From: an uncultured Planctomycetia bacterium | Lineage (GTDB): Bacteria; Omnitrophota; Gorgyraeia; Duberdicusellales; 4484-171 | Assembly: GCA_964629655.1 (NCBI GenBank) | Contig: CAZVQU010000001.1 | Span: 612,056 to 676,055 of the forward strand | Direction of reading: 5' to 3' | DNA length: 64,000 bases | Shown here: piece after piece, positions 19,214 through 28,532 of the stretch | Layout of the letters: the number at the start of each line of letters is the position of its first letter | Numbering within the stretch: position 1 is the first letter of the stretch | Translations under genes and position numbers: made by a program | Notes under the pieces: generated by a model | What the model was told of the DNA's origin: nothing | What the model saw: only the letters and a program-made list of their open reading frames with translations | Database searches by the model: none

Positions 19214-19568
19214 CATTTCAGTATGTCTATTGATTATTTTCACCGGAGCATTAATAAGTGGGTGTGGCCGCTTAGAAGAGTATGGAGAAAGAATCTCCAA
19301 TCAAGAAATCACAAAAATTAGTGATATTCTCAAGAAACCAAAGAGTTATGACCAGAAAACACTTATTATTGAGGGCAAGATCATGGTTGAATGTCCTGCT
19401 GGCTGTTGGTTTACTTTAAGAGATGACTCAGGAGTTATCTATGTTGACCTTGGGCCTTCAGGGTTTGCCATAGCTCAGCATACAGGAGATGAGGTTTTAG
19501 TCGTTGGAGAGATTGTAGATAAGAAACCAAATCCAATAATGATCGGAAAAGGGGTGAAGATAAAATGA
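19197..19568 (+). CDS. OB-fold lipoprotein with CPAGCW motif
   Basis: SD GGAGGT, lipobox ISGC, IEGKIMVECPAGCWF. Confidence 0.6.
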   Translation: MRVMISISVCLLIIFTGALISGCGRLEEYGERISNQEITKISDILKKPKSYDQKTLIIEGKIMVECPAGCWFTLRDDSGVIYVDLGPSGFAIAQHTGDEVLVVGEIVDKKPNPIMIGKGVKIK

Positions 19569-20749
19569 AATTAGCAATATTAGCCTTTAAGAATCTCAAA
19601 AGAAAAAAGATTCGTTCTTTCCTGACCATAGGAGGAGTTGCTATTGCTGTGGCGGTGTTAGTGAGCCTGATGGGTTTCAATCTTGGCTATCAAAAAGCTC
19701 TAGGCAGTGATATTGATAAGATGGGATATCAGCTCTTAGTTACTGCCAAAGGGTGTCCTTATGAGGCTGCAACGTTAATGTTAAAGGGCGGCGGCGGGTT
19801 ACGCTACATGGAAGAGGATGTATACAATAAGATTGTCCAAGATAGCCGTATAGACAAAGTCACTCCTCAATTAATATACACTGTCTTTGATCCTCAAAGA
19901 AGCGAAGGCCAAGGTGGCTTTGCGATGTACATGGGGATTTTAGATTCTTATCTGGAGTTAAAACCTTGGACTAAATTTAAGAGTGGCCGATGGTTTTCTG
20001 GTGAGGATGTTGAAGAGGTTGTTATGGGCTATGAGGCTGCCGAGGTTGAACAACGTTTGGTTGGTGATAAAATTTTCATTCCAGGCATTGATAGAGTTCT
20101 TAAAGTCGTAGGTATATTTGATAGAACCGGCACCCAAGATGACGGAGTGATATTTTTACCTCTAGCAACTTCACAAAGGATATTTAACCTTCCTGCTAAA
20201 TTAACTGGAATTGGCATAAAGTTAAAAGACATAAGAAAATTAGCAGAGTTTGAAGAAGATTTGTATGATGAGCCAGGCATCCAGGTAATCAGCATGGCTC
20301 AAGTAAGGGGAACAATTCTTAATCTCATATCTTCGGCAAAGATTTTAGTAAACTCAGTAGCGGTAATAGCTATTTTTATAGCAATAATCGGAGTAATAAA
20401 TACTATCCTAATGTCTGTATTTGAGCGAACTCAAGAAATTGGCGTAATGAAAGCTATTGGTGCTTCCAAGCTAGATATTTTTCAAATTATCTGGATCGAA
20501 ACAACTCTTATTTGTGTCTTAGGCGGGGTTGCCGGCAGCCTCGTAGCTATTTTAGGCGGAAACGTAATTGAGCACATATTAAAACAAATCTTGCCTTATG
20601 CTCCTAGTGGGAAGTTAGTGCTTATTACTCCAAATCTTCTCCTAGCCTCATTCCTCGGGGCTATTATTTTGGGATTGATCTCAGGGATTTACCCGGCAGC
20701 TCGGGCAGCATCAATGAGACCGATTGAGGCAATCAGGCGCGGAGGATAA
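19565..20749 (+). CDS. MacB/FtsX-family ABC permease
   Basis: KNLKRKKIRSFLT, SVFERTQEIGVMKAIGA, YPAARAA..PIEAIR. Confidence 0.92.
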   Translation: MKLAILAFKNLKRKKIRSFLTIGGVAIAVAVLVSLMGFNLGYQKALGSDIDKMGYQLLVTAKGCPYEAATLMLKGGGGLRYMEEDVYNKIVQDSRIDKVTPQLIYTVFDPQRSEGQGGFAMYMGILDSYLELKPWTKFKSGRWFSGEDVEEVVMGYEAAEVEQRLVGDKIFIPGIDRVLKVVGIFDRTGTQDDGVIFLPLATSQRIFNLPAKLTGIGIKLKDIRKLAEFEEDLYDEPGIQVISMAQVRGTILNLISSAKILVNSVAVIAIFIAIIGVINTILMSVFERTQEIGVMKAIGASKLDIFQIIWIETTLICVLGGVAGSLVAILGGNVIEHILKQILPYAPSGKLVLITPNLLLASFLGAIILGLISGIYPAARAASMRPIEAIRRGG

Positions 20750-20752
20750 AAT

Positions 20753-21445
20753 ATGAGTGAGTGTATAGTAAGAGGGAAAAAACTAAAAAAAATATATAGG
20801 CTTCCAGCTGAGGACATTGTTGCCTTGAAAGGAATAGACTTTGAAATCCAAAAGGGTGAGTTTGTGGCTGTTATTGGTCCTTCTGGTGCTGGCAAAACTA
20901 CGCTTCTTAATCTCATCGGGTGCTTAGACGGAGTCTCTTCAGGTAATTTAGAGGTCTTAGGATATGATTTATCTAAAGCCAAAGAGAAACATTTGCCTAA
21001 AATACGGAGGAAGAATATCGGGTTTATATTCCAGGAATTCTATTTAATTCCTTCTTTAACTGCTTTGGAGAACGTAGAGCTTTCTTTGCATTTTTCTAGG
21101 CTACCTAAAGAGAACGGCAGAGCAACAGAGATTTTGAAAAGTGTCGGATTGGGAAAACGAATTAACCATTTTCCTAGAGAGCTTTCCGGAGGCGAGATGC
21201 AAAGAGTTGCGATTGCCAGAGCTTTAATTACTTCTCCAGAGATACTTTTAGCTGATGAACCCACAGGAAATTTAGATACTAGAAACACTCAAGGAATTTT
21301 TAGCCTTTTCAGAGAGCTAAATCAAACTGAGGGCATAACTATAGTAGTAGCAACCCATAATATTAAGTTTGGTTATCAATCCGATAAGGTTATCCATTTA
21401 GTTGATGGTAATATTGACAGAGAAGAGAGGATAAAGCATGGATAA
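20753..21445 (+). CDS. ABC ATP-binding protein (LolD/MacB type)
   Basis: GPSGAGKT, LSGGEMQR, DEPTGNLD. Confidence 0.93.
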   Translation: MSECIVRGKKLKKIYRLPAEDIVALKGIDFEIQKGEFVAVIGPSGAGKTTLLNLIGCLDGVSSGNLEVLGYDLSKAKEKHLPKIRRKNIGFIFQEFYLIPSLTALENVELSLHFSRLPKENGRATEILKSVGLGKRINHFPRELSGGEMQRVAIARALITSPEILLADEPTGNLDTRNTQGIFSLFRELNQTEGITIVVATHNIKFGYQSDKVIHLVDGNIDREERIKHG

Positions 21446-22130
21446 AGCTATTGAGGCTATCAATTTAAAGAAATACTACACTCGGGGTTCAGAACTGGTT
21501 AAGGCTCTTGATGGAGTTAACATTGCCATAAGAAAAGGTGAAATTATCTCGATAGTCGGGCCGTCTGGCTCAGGTAAGACGACTTTACTTAATTTGGTCA
21601 GCTGTCTGGATCTGCCAACTGACGGAAATATAAAGATAAACGGAGAGGATATTACTAAATTTAAAGAGTCGCAGCTAATTGAAATCAGGCGAAAAAACTT
21701 AGGCTTTATTTTTCAACAGTTCCATCTTATACTTACCTTAACAGTTAGAGAGAACGTAGAGTTACCGTTAATTTTTGCTAAGAAAAATATAAATGCAAAG
21801 AAGATTTCTCAAACCTTAGAAAGAGTCGGGTTAAAAGGGAAAGAAAACCTCAGAGTTGATACCTTAAATGGAGGGGACAAGCAGAGAGTAGCTATTGCCC
21901 GTGCCCTTGTGAATGATCCCAAGATCCTTATTGCCGATGAGCCTACTGGAGAGCTGGAGACAGAAGTCCGCAACTCTATTTTAGATCTTTTTAGAAAGTT
22001 AGCCCAGTCAGGTTTAGCGATTGTTGTTGCGACTCATGATCTAGAGCTTGCTGAGGCCGCGGAGAGAATAATCTATCTTCAGGATGGTAAAATAGTATCA
22101 AAGTCTGAATCAAGCCTGTACTTTAGTTAA
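21438..22130 (+). CDS. Second ABC ATP-binding protein with degenerate signature
   Basis: GPSGSGKT, LNGGDKQR, DEPTGELE. Confidence 0.9.
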   Translation: MDKAIEAINLKKYYTRGSELVKALDGVNIAIRKGEIISIVGPSGSGKTTLLNLVSCLDLPTDGNIKINGEDITKFKESQLIEIRRKNLGFIFQQFHLILTLTVRENVELPLIFAKKNINAKKISQTLERVGLKGKENLRVDTLNGGDKQRVAIARALVNDPKILIADEPTGELETEVRNSILDLFRKLAQSGLAIVVATHDLELAEAAERIIYLQDGKIVSKSESSLYFS

Positions 22131-22138
22131 AGGAGAAA

Positions 22139-23113
22139 ATGAAAAGAGCAGAGAGAGACGCAGATTGTATAATCCTCAAGGAATTAAAGGATAATGATGG
22201 TTATACTTCCGGAGAAGAGTTAGCCAACAAGCTAAAGATTAGCCGTCAGGCTTTATGGAAGCATATTGGCAAGCTTACTGATAAAGGTTATGACATTGTA
22301 GCCATTCCTCATCTAGGGTATAAGCTTATTTCCTGTCCTGATAAATTTTATCCTTGGGAAATTCAATATAATTTAAACACTCATTTTATCGGCAAAGAGA
22401 TTCACCATCAGGAGATAATAGATTCTACTCAAGATTTCACTTGGCAATTAGGGTTGAAAGGGGCAGCAGAGGGCACAGTAGTATTTGCCGAGACCCAGAA
22501 AAAGGGGAGAGGTCGTATCCAGAGGCAGTGGATTTCTCCGCGAGGAGGAATTTATTTCTCACTACTCCTAAAGCCTTACTTTCTTTCTATCCAGGAGGTT
22601 CCTCAAATCACTCTCCTTATTGCTTTAGGTTGTCTGCGCGGTATAAAAAAAGCAACCGGTGTAGAGTGTTCAGTGAAATGGCCTAATGATATTTATCTTA
22701 AAGGAAAAAAGTTAGGCGGAATACTTTGTGAAATGAATGCTGAGGCTGATAGAATTCATTTTGTAGTAGCAGGCCTAGGTATTAATATTAACTCTAAAGA
22801 CCTGCCTCTTCAGGCCACTTCCTTATTCCTAAATTTAAAGAAGAAAGTGTCACGGGTAGAGATTGCTAAAAGAATACTTGAAGAAATAGAAGTTTGCTAT
22901 CGACAGGCCCAAGGTGAAGGATTTTCTAATTTGCTTAAAGAATGGAGTCGATTTTGTTCTCTCTGGGGCAAACGGATAAAAGTAAAGGTTTTTAACAAAC
23001 GGATAGAGGGTGAAGCTGCCGGAATAGATGAGAAAGGATATCTACTCCTGCGTAAAGACAATGGCCTGGTAGAGAAAGTTTCTGCCGGCGACGTTACAAA
23101 ACTTGCTCTCTGA
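22139..23113 (+). CDS. birA: Bifunctional biotin ligase / repressor
   Basis: N-terminal wHTH SGEELA..SRQALWK, QKKGRGR, KWPND, KLGGIL. Confidence 0.95.
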   Translation: MKRAERDADCIILKELKDNDGYTSGEELANKLKISRQALWKHIGKLTDKGYDIVAIPHLGYKLISCPDKFYPWEIQYNLNTHFIGKEIHHQEIIDSTQDFTWQLGLKGAAEGTVVFAETQKKGRGRIQRQWISPRGGIYFSLLLKPYFLSIQEVPQITLLIALGCLRGIKKATGVECSVKWPNDIYLKGKKLGGILCEMNAEADRIHFVVAGLGININSKDLPLQATSLFLNLKKKVSRVEIAKRILEEIEVCYRQAQGEGFSNLLKEWSRFCSLWGKRIKVKVFNKRIEGEAAGIDEKGYLLLRKDNGLVEKVSAGDVTKLAL

Positions 23114-23152
23114 AATTCCTAGCTCGGGAAGGTTGAGTTTTAAGGAGATTTA

Positions 23153-23590
23153 GTGAAAAAAGCAATAAGCTGCGTTATCGTACTTTTCATATTGTTTGGT
23201 GGATCGCAAGCATTTAGCGAATCAGGACCAAGAATTAAACTTAGTGAAGAATATTGGGATTTCGGCCAATTAAAAGAGCCAGAGATAGCTGAGAAAGTAT
23301 TTTTGGTAGAAAATACCGGGGATCGGGATTTGGTAATCAAGACTATTCTTACGACTTGCGGGTGCGTTACTACAGAAATTTCTTCAAACAACATTGGCCC
23401 TCAAAGCAGTGAAGAGTTAAAGGCGATTTACAATACAAAAGGGAAATCTTTTGGCAGGGACAGTAAGGATATTTATGTTGTTTCTAATGATTTATTCAAT
23501 CCCAGGATGAGAATCACGATTGAGGCAACGATTATATCGGACGAGGATTACTCTAGGCAAGATTTGTTAGAAAAAGGAGGAAGAAAATGA
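23153..23590 (+). CDS. DUF1573 (Ig-like) exported protein
   Basis: Signal peptide, WDFG, NTGDRDLVI, TCGC. Confidence 0.75.
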   Translation: MKKAISCVIVLFILFGGSQAFSESGPRIKLSEEYWDFGQLKEPEIAEKVFLVENTGDRDLVIKTILTTCGCVTTEISSNNIGPQSSEELKAIYNTKGKSFGRDSKDIYVVSNDLFNPRMRITIEATIISDEDYSRQDLLEKGGRK

Positions 23591-24273
23591 TTAGGGCGGT
23601 AAAAATTATTATTATTTCACTTATTGTATTTTCTAATAGCATTGCTTTTGCTGATATTAAAGAAGATATTTATTCGAAATTAAAATGCTGCAGTTGCCCC
23701 AAGCTATTTGCATCTTGTTCTTGTAGGCACTCTAAAGAGATAAAAGCATATATCGATACTTTTCCGGAGAAAGCCTTAAGCCAAGAAGAGATCCTCGTAA
23801 AAATAGCAAAGAAATTTGGCTTAGATACCATCGTTGACCCGGAATCAAGAAAGCTAGTTGAGAAAGAATTGATAGCTGAGGTTGGGGAAAAACGACCAGA
23901 GATCTTCATCGATCCTACCCGATACAACTTAGGAGAAGTTAGTAAAGCCAGTGGGGAATTAAGGGTCGAGGTAAAATTACAAAATAAGGGTAGGAGGAAA
24001 TTGAAGATAACCGATTTAAAGCCATCGTGCCCTTGCACTACGGTTAAATTGAAAAAAAAGAAATACATCAGCCCTGCTTTTGGGACCAAAGGCGCAAAAC
24101 CAGGCTGGGCGGTAAGCATAAGACCCAAAGAAGTAGGAGAGCTGATTATAATTGTCGACCTCAATCATGCCAGTATCGATTTGGGAGGGATGCTAAGAAC
24201 GATTGAGGTTAAAAGTAATGACCCCTTGAAACCCTCAATTAAGATAGAATTAGAAGCTCAAATAATAGAGTAA
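23587..24273 (+). CDS. DUF1573 exported protein with Cys-rich N-terminal domain
   Basis: CCSC..CSC N-domain, then YNLGEV, SCPCT, SNDP. Confidence 0.65.
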   Translation: MIRAVKIIIISLIVFSNSIAFADIKEDIYSKLKCCSCPKLFASCSCRHSKEIKAYIDTFPEKALSQEEILVKIAKKFGLDTIVDPESRKLVEKELIAEVGEKRPEIFIDPTRYNLGEVSKASGELRVEVKLQNKGRRKLKITDLKPSCPCTTVKLKKKKYISPAFGTKGAKPGWAVSIRPKEVGELIIIVDLNHASIDLGGMLRTIEVKSNDPLKPSIKIELEAQIIE

Positions 24274-24325
24274 CCATTAGAGCAATCTAAAAGCCTGCAT
24301 GTGAGTTGAATCTTTCCTTTTGAAA

Positions 24326-24357
24326 TTGTAAACCTTTAGTGTTAAAATGGGTGACAA
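24326..24357. promoter_or_regulatory. BirA operator (bioO) overlapping the bioB promoter
   Basis: TTGTAAACC-N15-GGTGACAA overlapping TTGAAA-N17-TAAAAT. Confidence 0.8.
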
Positions 24358-25265
24358 TGGAGATAAAATCTTTATTAAACCTACCAATACCGGAGTTACT
24401 CTCTTTAGCCAATAAGACTCGAAAAGACTATTTAGGCTCTAAGCTAGAATTATGTAGCATTATAAATGCTAAATCCGGTTATTGTAACCAAGATTGTAAG
24501 TTCTGTGCTCAGTCAACTCATCACTCCGCTGATATAGCTACCTATCCTTTAAAAAGAAAAGAAGAAATTCTAAAGGCTGCCAGGAAGGCAAAGGATATTG
24601 GAGCTGAGAAGTTTGGTATTGTAACCAGTGGAAACTGTTTAGAGGCTAAAGAGCTAGAGGAAATAATTTTAGCAATTTCCGAGATAAAAAAAGAAATCGG
24701 TATTATTGTCTGCGCTTCTCTAGGAGCCTTAAAGGAGGATGAGCTAAAGAGATTAAGAGAAGCCGGCCTCACCCGTTATCATCATAATATTGAAACCTCG
24801 CCACGATTTTACAAACAAATTGTTTCAACTCATGATTTTAGTCAGAGAATCGACACAGTAAGAGCTGCCAAAGCAGCCGGCTTAGAGGTCTGTAGCGGCG
24901 GTATAATCGGTATCGGTGAGACTTGGCAAGATAGAATTGATATGGCTCATACTTTGAAAAGGCTAGATGTAGATTCAGTGCCGATAAACATTCTGGTTCC
25001 GATAAAAGGAACTTCCCTAGAGAATTTAAAGCCGATTTCCTGCAATGATGTTATTAGAACTTTATGTATTTTTAGAGTAATTTTAAAAGATAAACTTATA
25101 AAGATAGCAGCCGGAAGAGAGAGCGCTTTAGGAGATTTCCAAGGTCTAGGTTTTATGGCCGGAGCCAATGGAATGCTTATTGGAGGCTATTTAACTGTTA
25201 AGGGAAGGGAACTTGAAGCTGACTATAAGCTTATAGAAGAAGTAAAAAAATTATGGGACGAATAG
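24357..25265 (+). CDS. bioB: Biotin synthase
   Basis: CNQDCKFC, YHHNIETS, VCSGGI, SVPIN, AAGRE. Confidence 0.96.
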   Translation: MEIKSLLNLPIPELLSLANKTRKDYLGSKLELCSIINAKSGYCNQDCKFCAQSTHHSADIATYPLKRKEEILKAARKAKDIGAEKFGIVTSGNCLEAKELEEIILAISEIKKEIGIIVCASLGALKEDELKRLREAGLTRYHHNIETSPRFYKQIVSTHDFSQRIDTVRAAKAAGLEVCSGGIIGIGETWQDRIDMAHTLKRLDVDSVPINILVPIKGTSLENLKPISCNDVIRTLCIFRVILKDKLIKIAAGRESALGDFQGLGFMAGANGMLIGGYLTVKGRELEADYKLIEEVKKLWDE

Positions 25266-26413
25266 AAGAATTCTTAAAGATAAGGAAACAAGATAATCTG
25301 TTAAGAGTCTTAAAGCCGGCGACTTCCCGGGGCCAGGGATTAAGGTCCTCAGATGGCAGAGAGTATATTGATTTATCTTCTAATGATTACTTAGGTTTTT
25401 CAACTGATCCTAAATTAAAGGCAGCTGCAAAATATTGGATAGATAAATTAGGCGTAGGCTCATCAGCTTCCAGGCTTTTAAGCGGAGATTCAGATATTTA
25501 CCACGAACTAGAAGAAAAAACAGCTCAATTTAAAGGTAAAGAAAGAGCCTTAATTTTTAACTCCGGTTATCAGGCTAATGTCGGTATAATTAGTGCTTTT
25601 TGTCACAGAGGCGATGTTATCTTTTCCGATAAGCTAAACCATGCCAGCATAATTGACGGAATAGTCTTGTCTCGGGCTAAACCTTTGCGTTTTTTACATA
25701 ATGACCTAAACCACCTAGAGCAATTATTAAAGGAGCAGAGACATAAGTTTAAGGAAGCATTGATAATAACCGAGAGCGTATTTAGTATGGATGGCGATAA
25801 GCCGGCATTAGGAGAATTAGTTAACTTGAGGAAAAAATACAATTGTAGATTAATCGTAGATGAGGCTCATGCTACCGGGATATTTGGTAAGAACGGAGCC
25901 GGTGTAGCTGAAGAAGAGGGAGTAGTTAAAGAAGTAGACTTAATAATGGGTACATTTAGCAAGGCTTTGGGAAGTTTTGGCGGTTATGTTGCTTGTTCAA
26001 AAGTTTTAGTTGATTACCTAATAAACACAGCTAGAAGTTTTATATACTCTACAGCTCTTCCACCTTCGGTAATTGCAACTAATTTAGCTAGCTTAGAATT
26101 AGTAGAAGAGGAACCGCAGCGCAGAAGAGGCCTTATTAGTAATGCTGATTATTTTCGCAAGAATTTAAAAGAAGCAGGATTTAAAGTAAAAGGGTCATCC
26201 CAGATAGTGCCGGTGATTGTCTCCGATAATCAGAGAGTAGTCAAGGCTAGCAAAGAGCTGCAGAGAAAAGGTTACTGGGCTCTCCCGATACGTCCACCGA
26301 CTGTGCCCCAAGGAGAATCTCGGTTAAGGTTTTCATTAACTCACCATCATTCAAGAGAAATATTAGGGAAACTAGTTAAAGACTTATGCAAAACCCGAGT
26401 TTTAAATATTTAG
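25253..26413 (+). CDS. bioF: 8-amino-7-oxononanoate synthase
   Basis: SSNDYLG, NHASIIDG, DEAHATG, GTFSKALG. Confidence 0.95.
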   Translation: MGRIEEFLKIRKQDNLLRVLKPATSRGQGLRSSDGREYIDLSSNDYLGFSTDPKLKAAAKYWIDKLGVGSSASRLLSGDSDIYHELEEKTAQFKGKERALIFNSGYQANVGIISAFCHRGDVIFSDKLNHASIIDGIVLSRAKPLRFLHNDLNHLEQLLKEQRHKFKEALIITESVFSMDGDKPALGELVNLRKKYNCRLIVDEAHATGIFGKNGAGVAEEEGVVKEVDLIMGTFSKALGSFGGYVACSKVLVDYLINTARSFIYSTALPPSVIATNLASLELVEEEPQRRRGLISNADYFRKNLKEAGFKVKGSSQIVPVIVSDNQRVVKASKELQRKGYWALPIRPPTVPQGESRLRFSLTHHHSREILGKLVKDLCKTRVLNI

Positions 26414-27069
26414 ACCGGGGCCAGAAGAAAACTATTCTGCTTATCCCGGGTTGGGCCACTGACTGCAGGATTTTTGATTCACTGAATCTGAAATTTAATT
26501 ATTTACTACCCCTTGATTTTTTCCCCCTTACCTTTGAGAATAGCGTTCTTAATACTTTGGAGGAGAAGGGGATAGAGAAGATTTCTCTATTAGGCTGGTC
26601 CTTAGGTGGATTCCTGGCAGCTGAGTTTGCCTCAAAGCATCCTAAGCTAGTCGAAGAGCTAGTCTTAGTAAGCATAAGGAAGAAGTATAAAAAGGAGGAT
26701 ATAGAGGAAATAGGAGAACTTCTTAAAAAGAGCAAGAAGGGTTATCTTTACAAGTTCTATGGGCAGTGTTTCTCGAAAAAGACAAGCTTAAGCTGGTTTA
26801 AGAAAAACTTACTTAAAAGTTATTGTGAGAGGTTCGATTTAGAATATTTACTCAAGACCTTAGATTATCTAGAGAAATCTTGGATAAATACTCAAGAGTT
26901 ATCCGGGATAGGAAGAATAAAGATTATCCACGGAGAGAATGATAAAATAGCGCCTGTTGATGAAGCTAGAGAAGTTAAGGAAGCTATAGCAGGTGCTGAG
27001 TTAATAACTATTAAAGATTGCGGCCATATTCCTTTTTTAGAAGAGGATTTAGGTAAGTATATATGGTAA
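26386..27069 (+). CDS. BioH-like alpha/beta hydrolase (pimeloyl-ACP methyl ester esterase)
   Basis: PGW, GWSLG nucleophile elbow, HGEND, GHIPF; lies between bioF and bioC. Confidence 0.8.
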   Translation: MQNPSFKYLDRGQKKTILLIPGWATDCRIFDSLNLKFNYLLPLDFFPLTFENSVLNTLEEKGIEKISLLGWSLGGFLAAEFASKHPKLVEELVLVSIRKKYKKEDIEEIGELLKKSKKGYLYKFYGQCFSKKTSLSWFKKNLLKSYCERFDLEYLLKTLDYLEKSWINTQELSGIGRIKIIHGENDKIAPVDEAREVKEAIAGAELITIKDCGHIPFLEEDLGKYIW

Positions 27070-27830
27070 ATAAAAGAGTAATAGAAGAAAATTTCTCAAA
27101 GCATGCCCGGGATTATGATCAGCACTCAAGAATTCAGAATCTCTGTGCTTCTATGCTTATTAAGGAAGTTAATGCTAATGGTTTCTCAAGTATTTTAGAT
27201 ATTGGCTGTGGGACCGGAAATTACACTAGGCTTCTTAAGAGTAGATTTCCCCAGGCTAAGATAAAAGCCGTAGATATATCAGCTGAGATGATTAAAGTTG
27301 CCAAGGAGAAGCTTGGGTCCGAAGACGTAGAATTCATTGTTGCTGATGCCGAAAGCCTTAGTCTAGAGGAAGAGTTTGATCTGATAAGTTCTAATGCCAG
27401 TTTCCAGTGGTTTGGGGATTTGAAATCAGATTTAACGAGATACAAACAAGCTCTTAGTAAGGGAGGTTTTATTTTATTCTCTACCTTTGGCCCGGAGACT
27501 TTTTTCCAGCTGCATAGCTGTCTGGAGGAGTTTCTCGGTAAGCCTCTTTCGATAAGCGCCAGTAATTTTTTAAAAAGAGAAGAGGTAGAGACTATATTAA
27601 AAGGTATTTTTTCCGAGGTCGTAGTAAAAGAAGAGATTTACAATCAAAATTATAATTCATTATTAGAATTACTAGAAAGCTTAAGGTGCACCGGGACAAG
27701 AGGCGATGGTTTAAGAGGGGAAATCTTCTGGACTCCTCGAAGGATAGCCTCAATAGAGAAGATTTACAGGGAGAGGTTTAAAAATATAGTGGCTACTTAT
27801 CAGATGTTTTTTTGTCGAGGTAGAGTATGA
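27063..27830 (+). CDS. bioC: Malonyl-ACP O-methyltransferase
   Basis: LDIGCGTG, SNASFQW, STFGPET. Confidence 0.92.
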   Translation: MVNKRVIEENFSKHARDYDQHSRIQNLCASMLIKEVNANGFSSILDIGCGTGNYTRLLKSRFPQAKIKAVDISAEMIKVAKEKLGSEDVEFIVADAESLSLEEEFDLISSNASFQWFGDLKSDLTRYKQALSKGGFILFSTFGPETFFQLHSCLEEFLGKPLSISASNFLKREEVETILKGIFSEVVVKEEIYNQNYNSLLELLESLRCTGTRGDGLRGEIFWTPRRIASIEKIYRERFKNIVATYQMFFCRGRV

Positions 27831-28522
27831 GAGGGATTTTTGTTACCGGAACAGATACCGGGGTAGGTAAGACGATTGTAACCGGTTTATTGGCCAAGTT
27901 TCTAAATGATAAGGGTTATAGAGTCATAACTCAAAAGTGGGTTGAGACCGGTTCAATAGGCTTTTCTAAAGATGTCAGCCTTCATTTAAAGTTGGCTGAT
28001 AAGAGGAAGAAAGAGTTTAAGAATTATCTCTCGGATATTTCTCCCTATACTTTTAAATTTCCGTCTTCTCCTCATCTTGCTTCAAGCCTGGAGAGGAGAA
28101 AGATAAGCACAGAAAGGATAAAAAAAAGTTTTGGGTCCTTACAAAAAACTTTTGACTTTGTAATGGTTGAAGGAATAGGAGGGGCCTTAGTTCCCTTGAA
28201 TAGGAGAAAATTAGTAATAGATGTAGCTAAAGAATTAAATCTCCCAGCGTTAGTTGTAGTTGGCAATAAGTTAGGGGCGATTAATCACACTCTTCTGACC
28301 ATAGAAGCTCTTAAAGCTAGAAAGATGAGAATAGTCGGAGTTGTATTCAATAATTTAAACGATAATAAAGAAAATAATATAATCTTAAAAGATAACCCTA
28401 AGATAATAGAGGTAATAAGCGGCCAGAAGTCTTCGGGAAGTTTGCTCTGGACTAAAGATACAGATAGATTGTGTAAAAGTTTTAAGAAAATAGGTAAAAA
28501 GATATTATCTAATTTAAAATAA
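27827..28522 (+). CDS. bioD: Dethiobiotin synthase
   Basis: TGTDTGVGKT, VEGIGG, LGAINHTLLT. Confidence 0.95.
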   Translation: MRGIFVTGTDTGVGKTIVTGLLAKFLNDKGYRVITQKWVETGSIGFSKDVSLHLKLADKRKKEFKNYLSDISPYTFKFPSSPHLASSLERRKISTERIKKSFGSLQKTFDFVMVEGIGGALVPLNRRKLVIDVAKELNLPALVVVGNKLGAINHTLLTIEALKARKMRIVGVVFNNLNDNKENNIILKDNPKIIEVISGQKSSGSLLWTKDTDRLCKSFKKIGKKILSNLK

Positions 28523-28532
28523 ATATTGAAGA

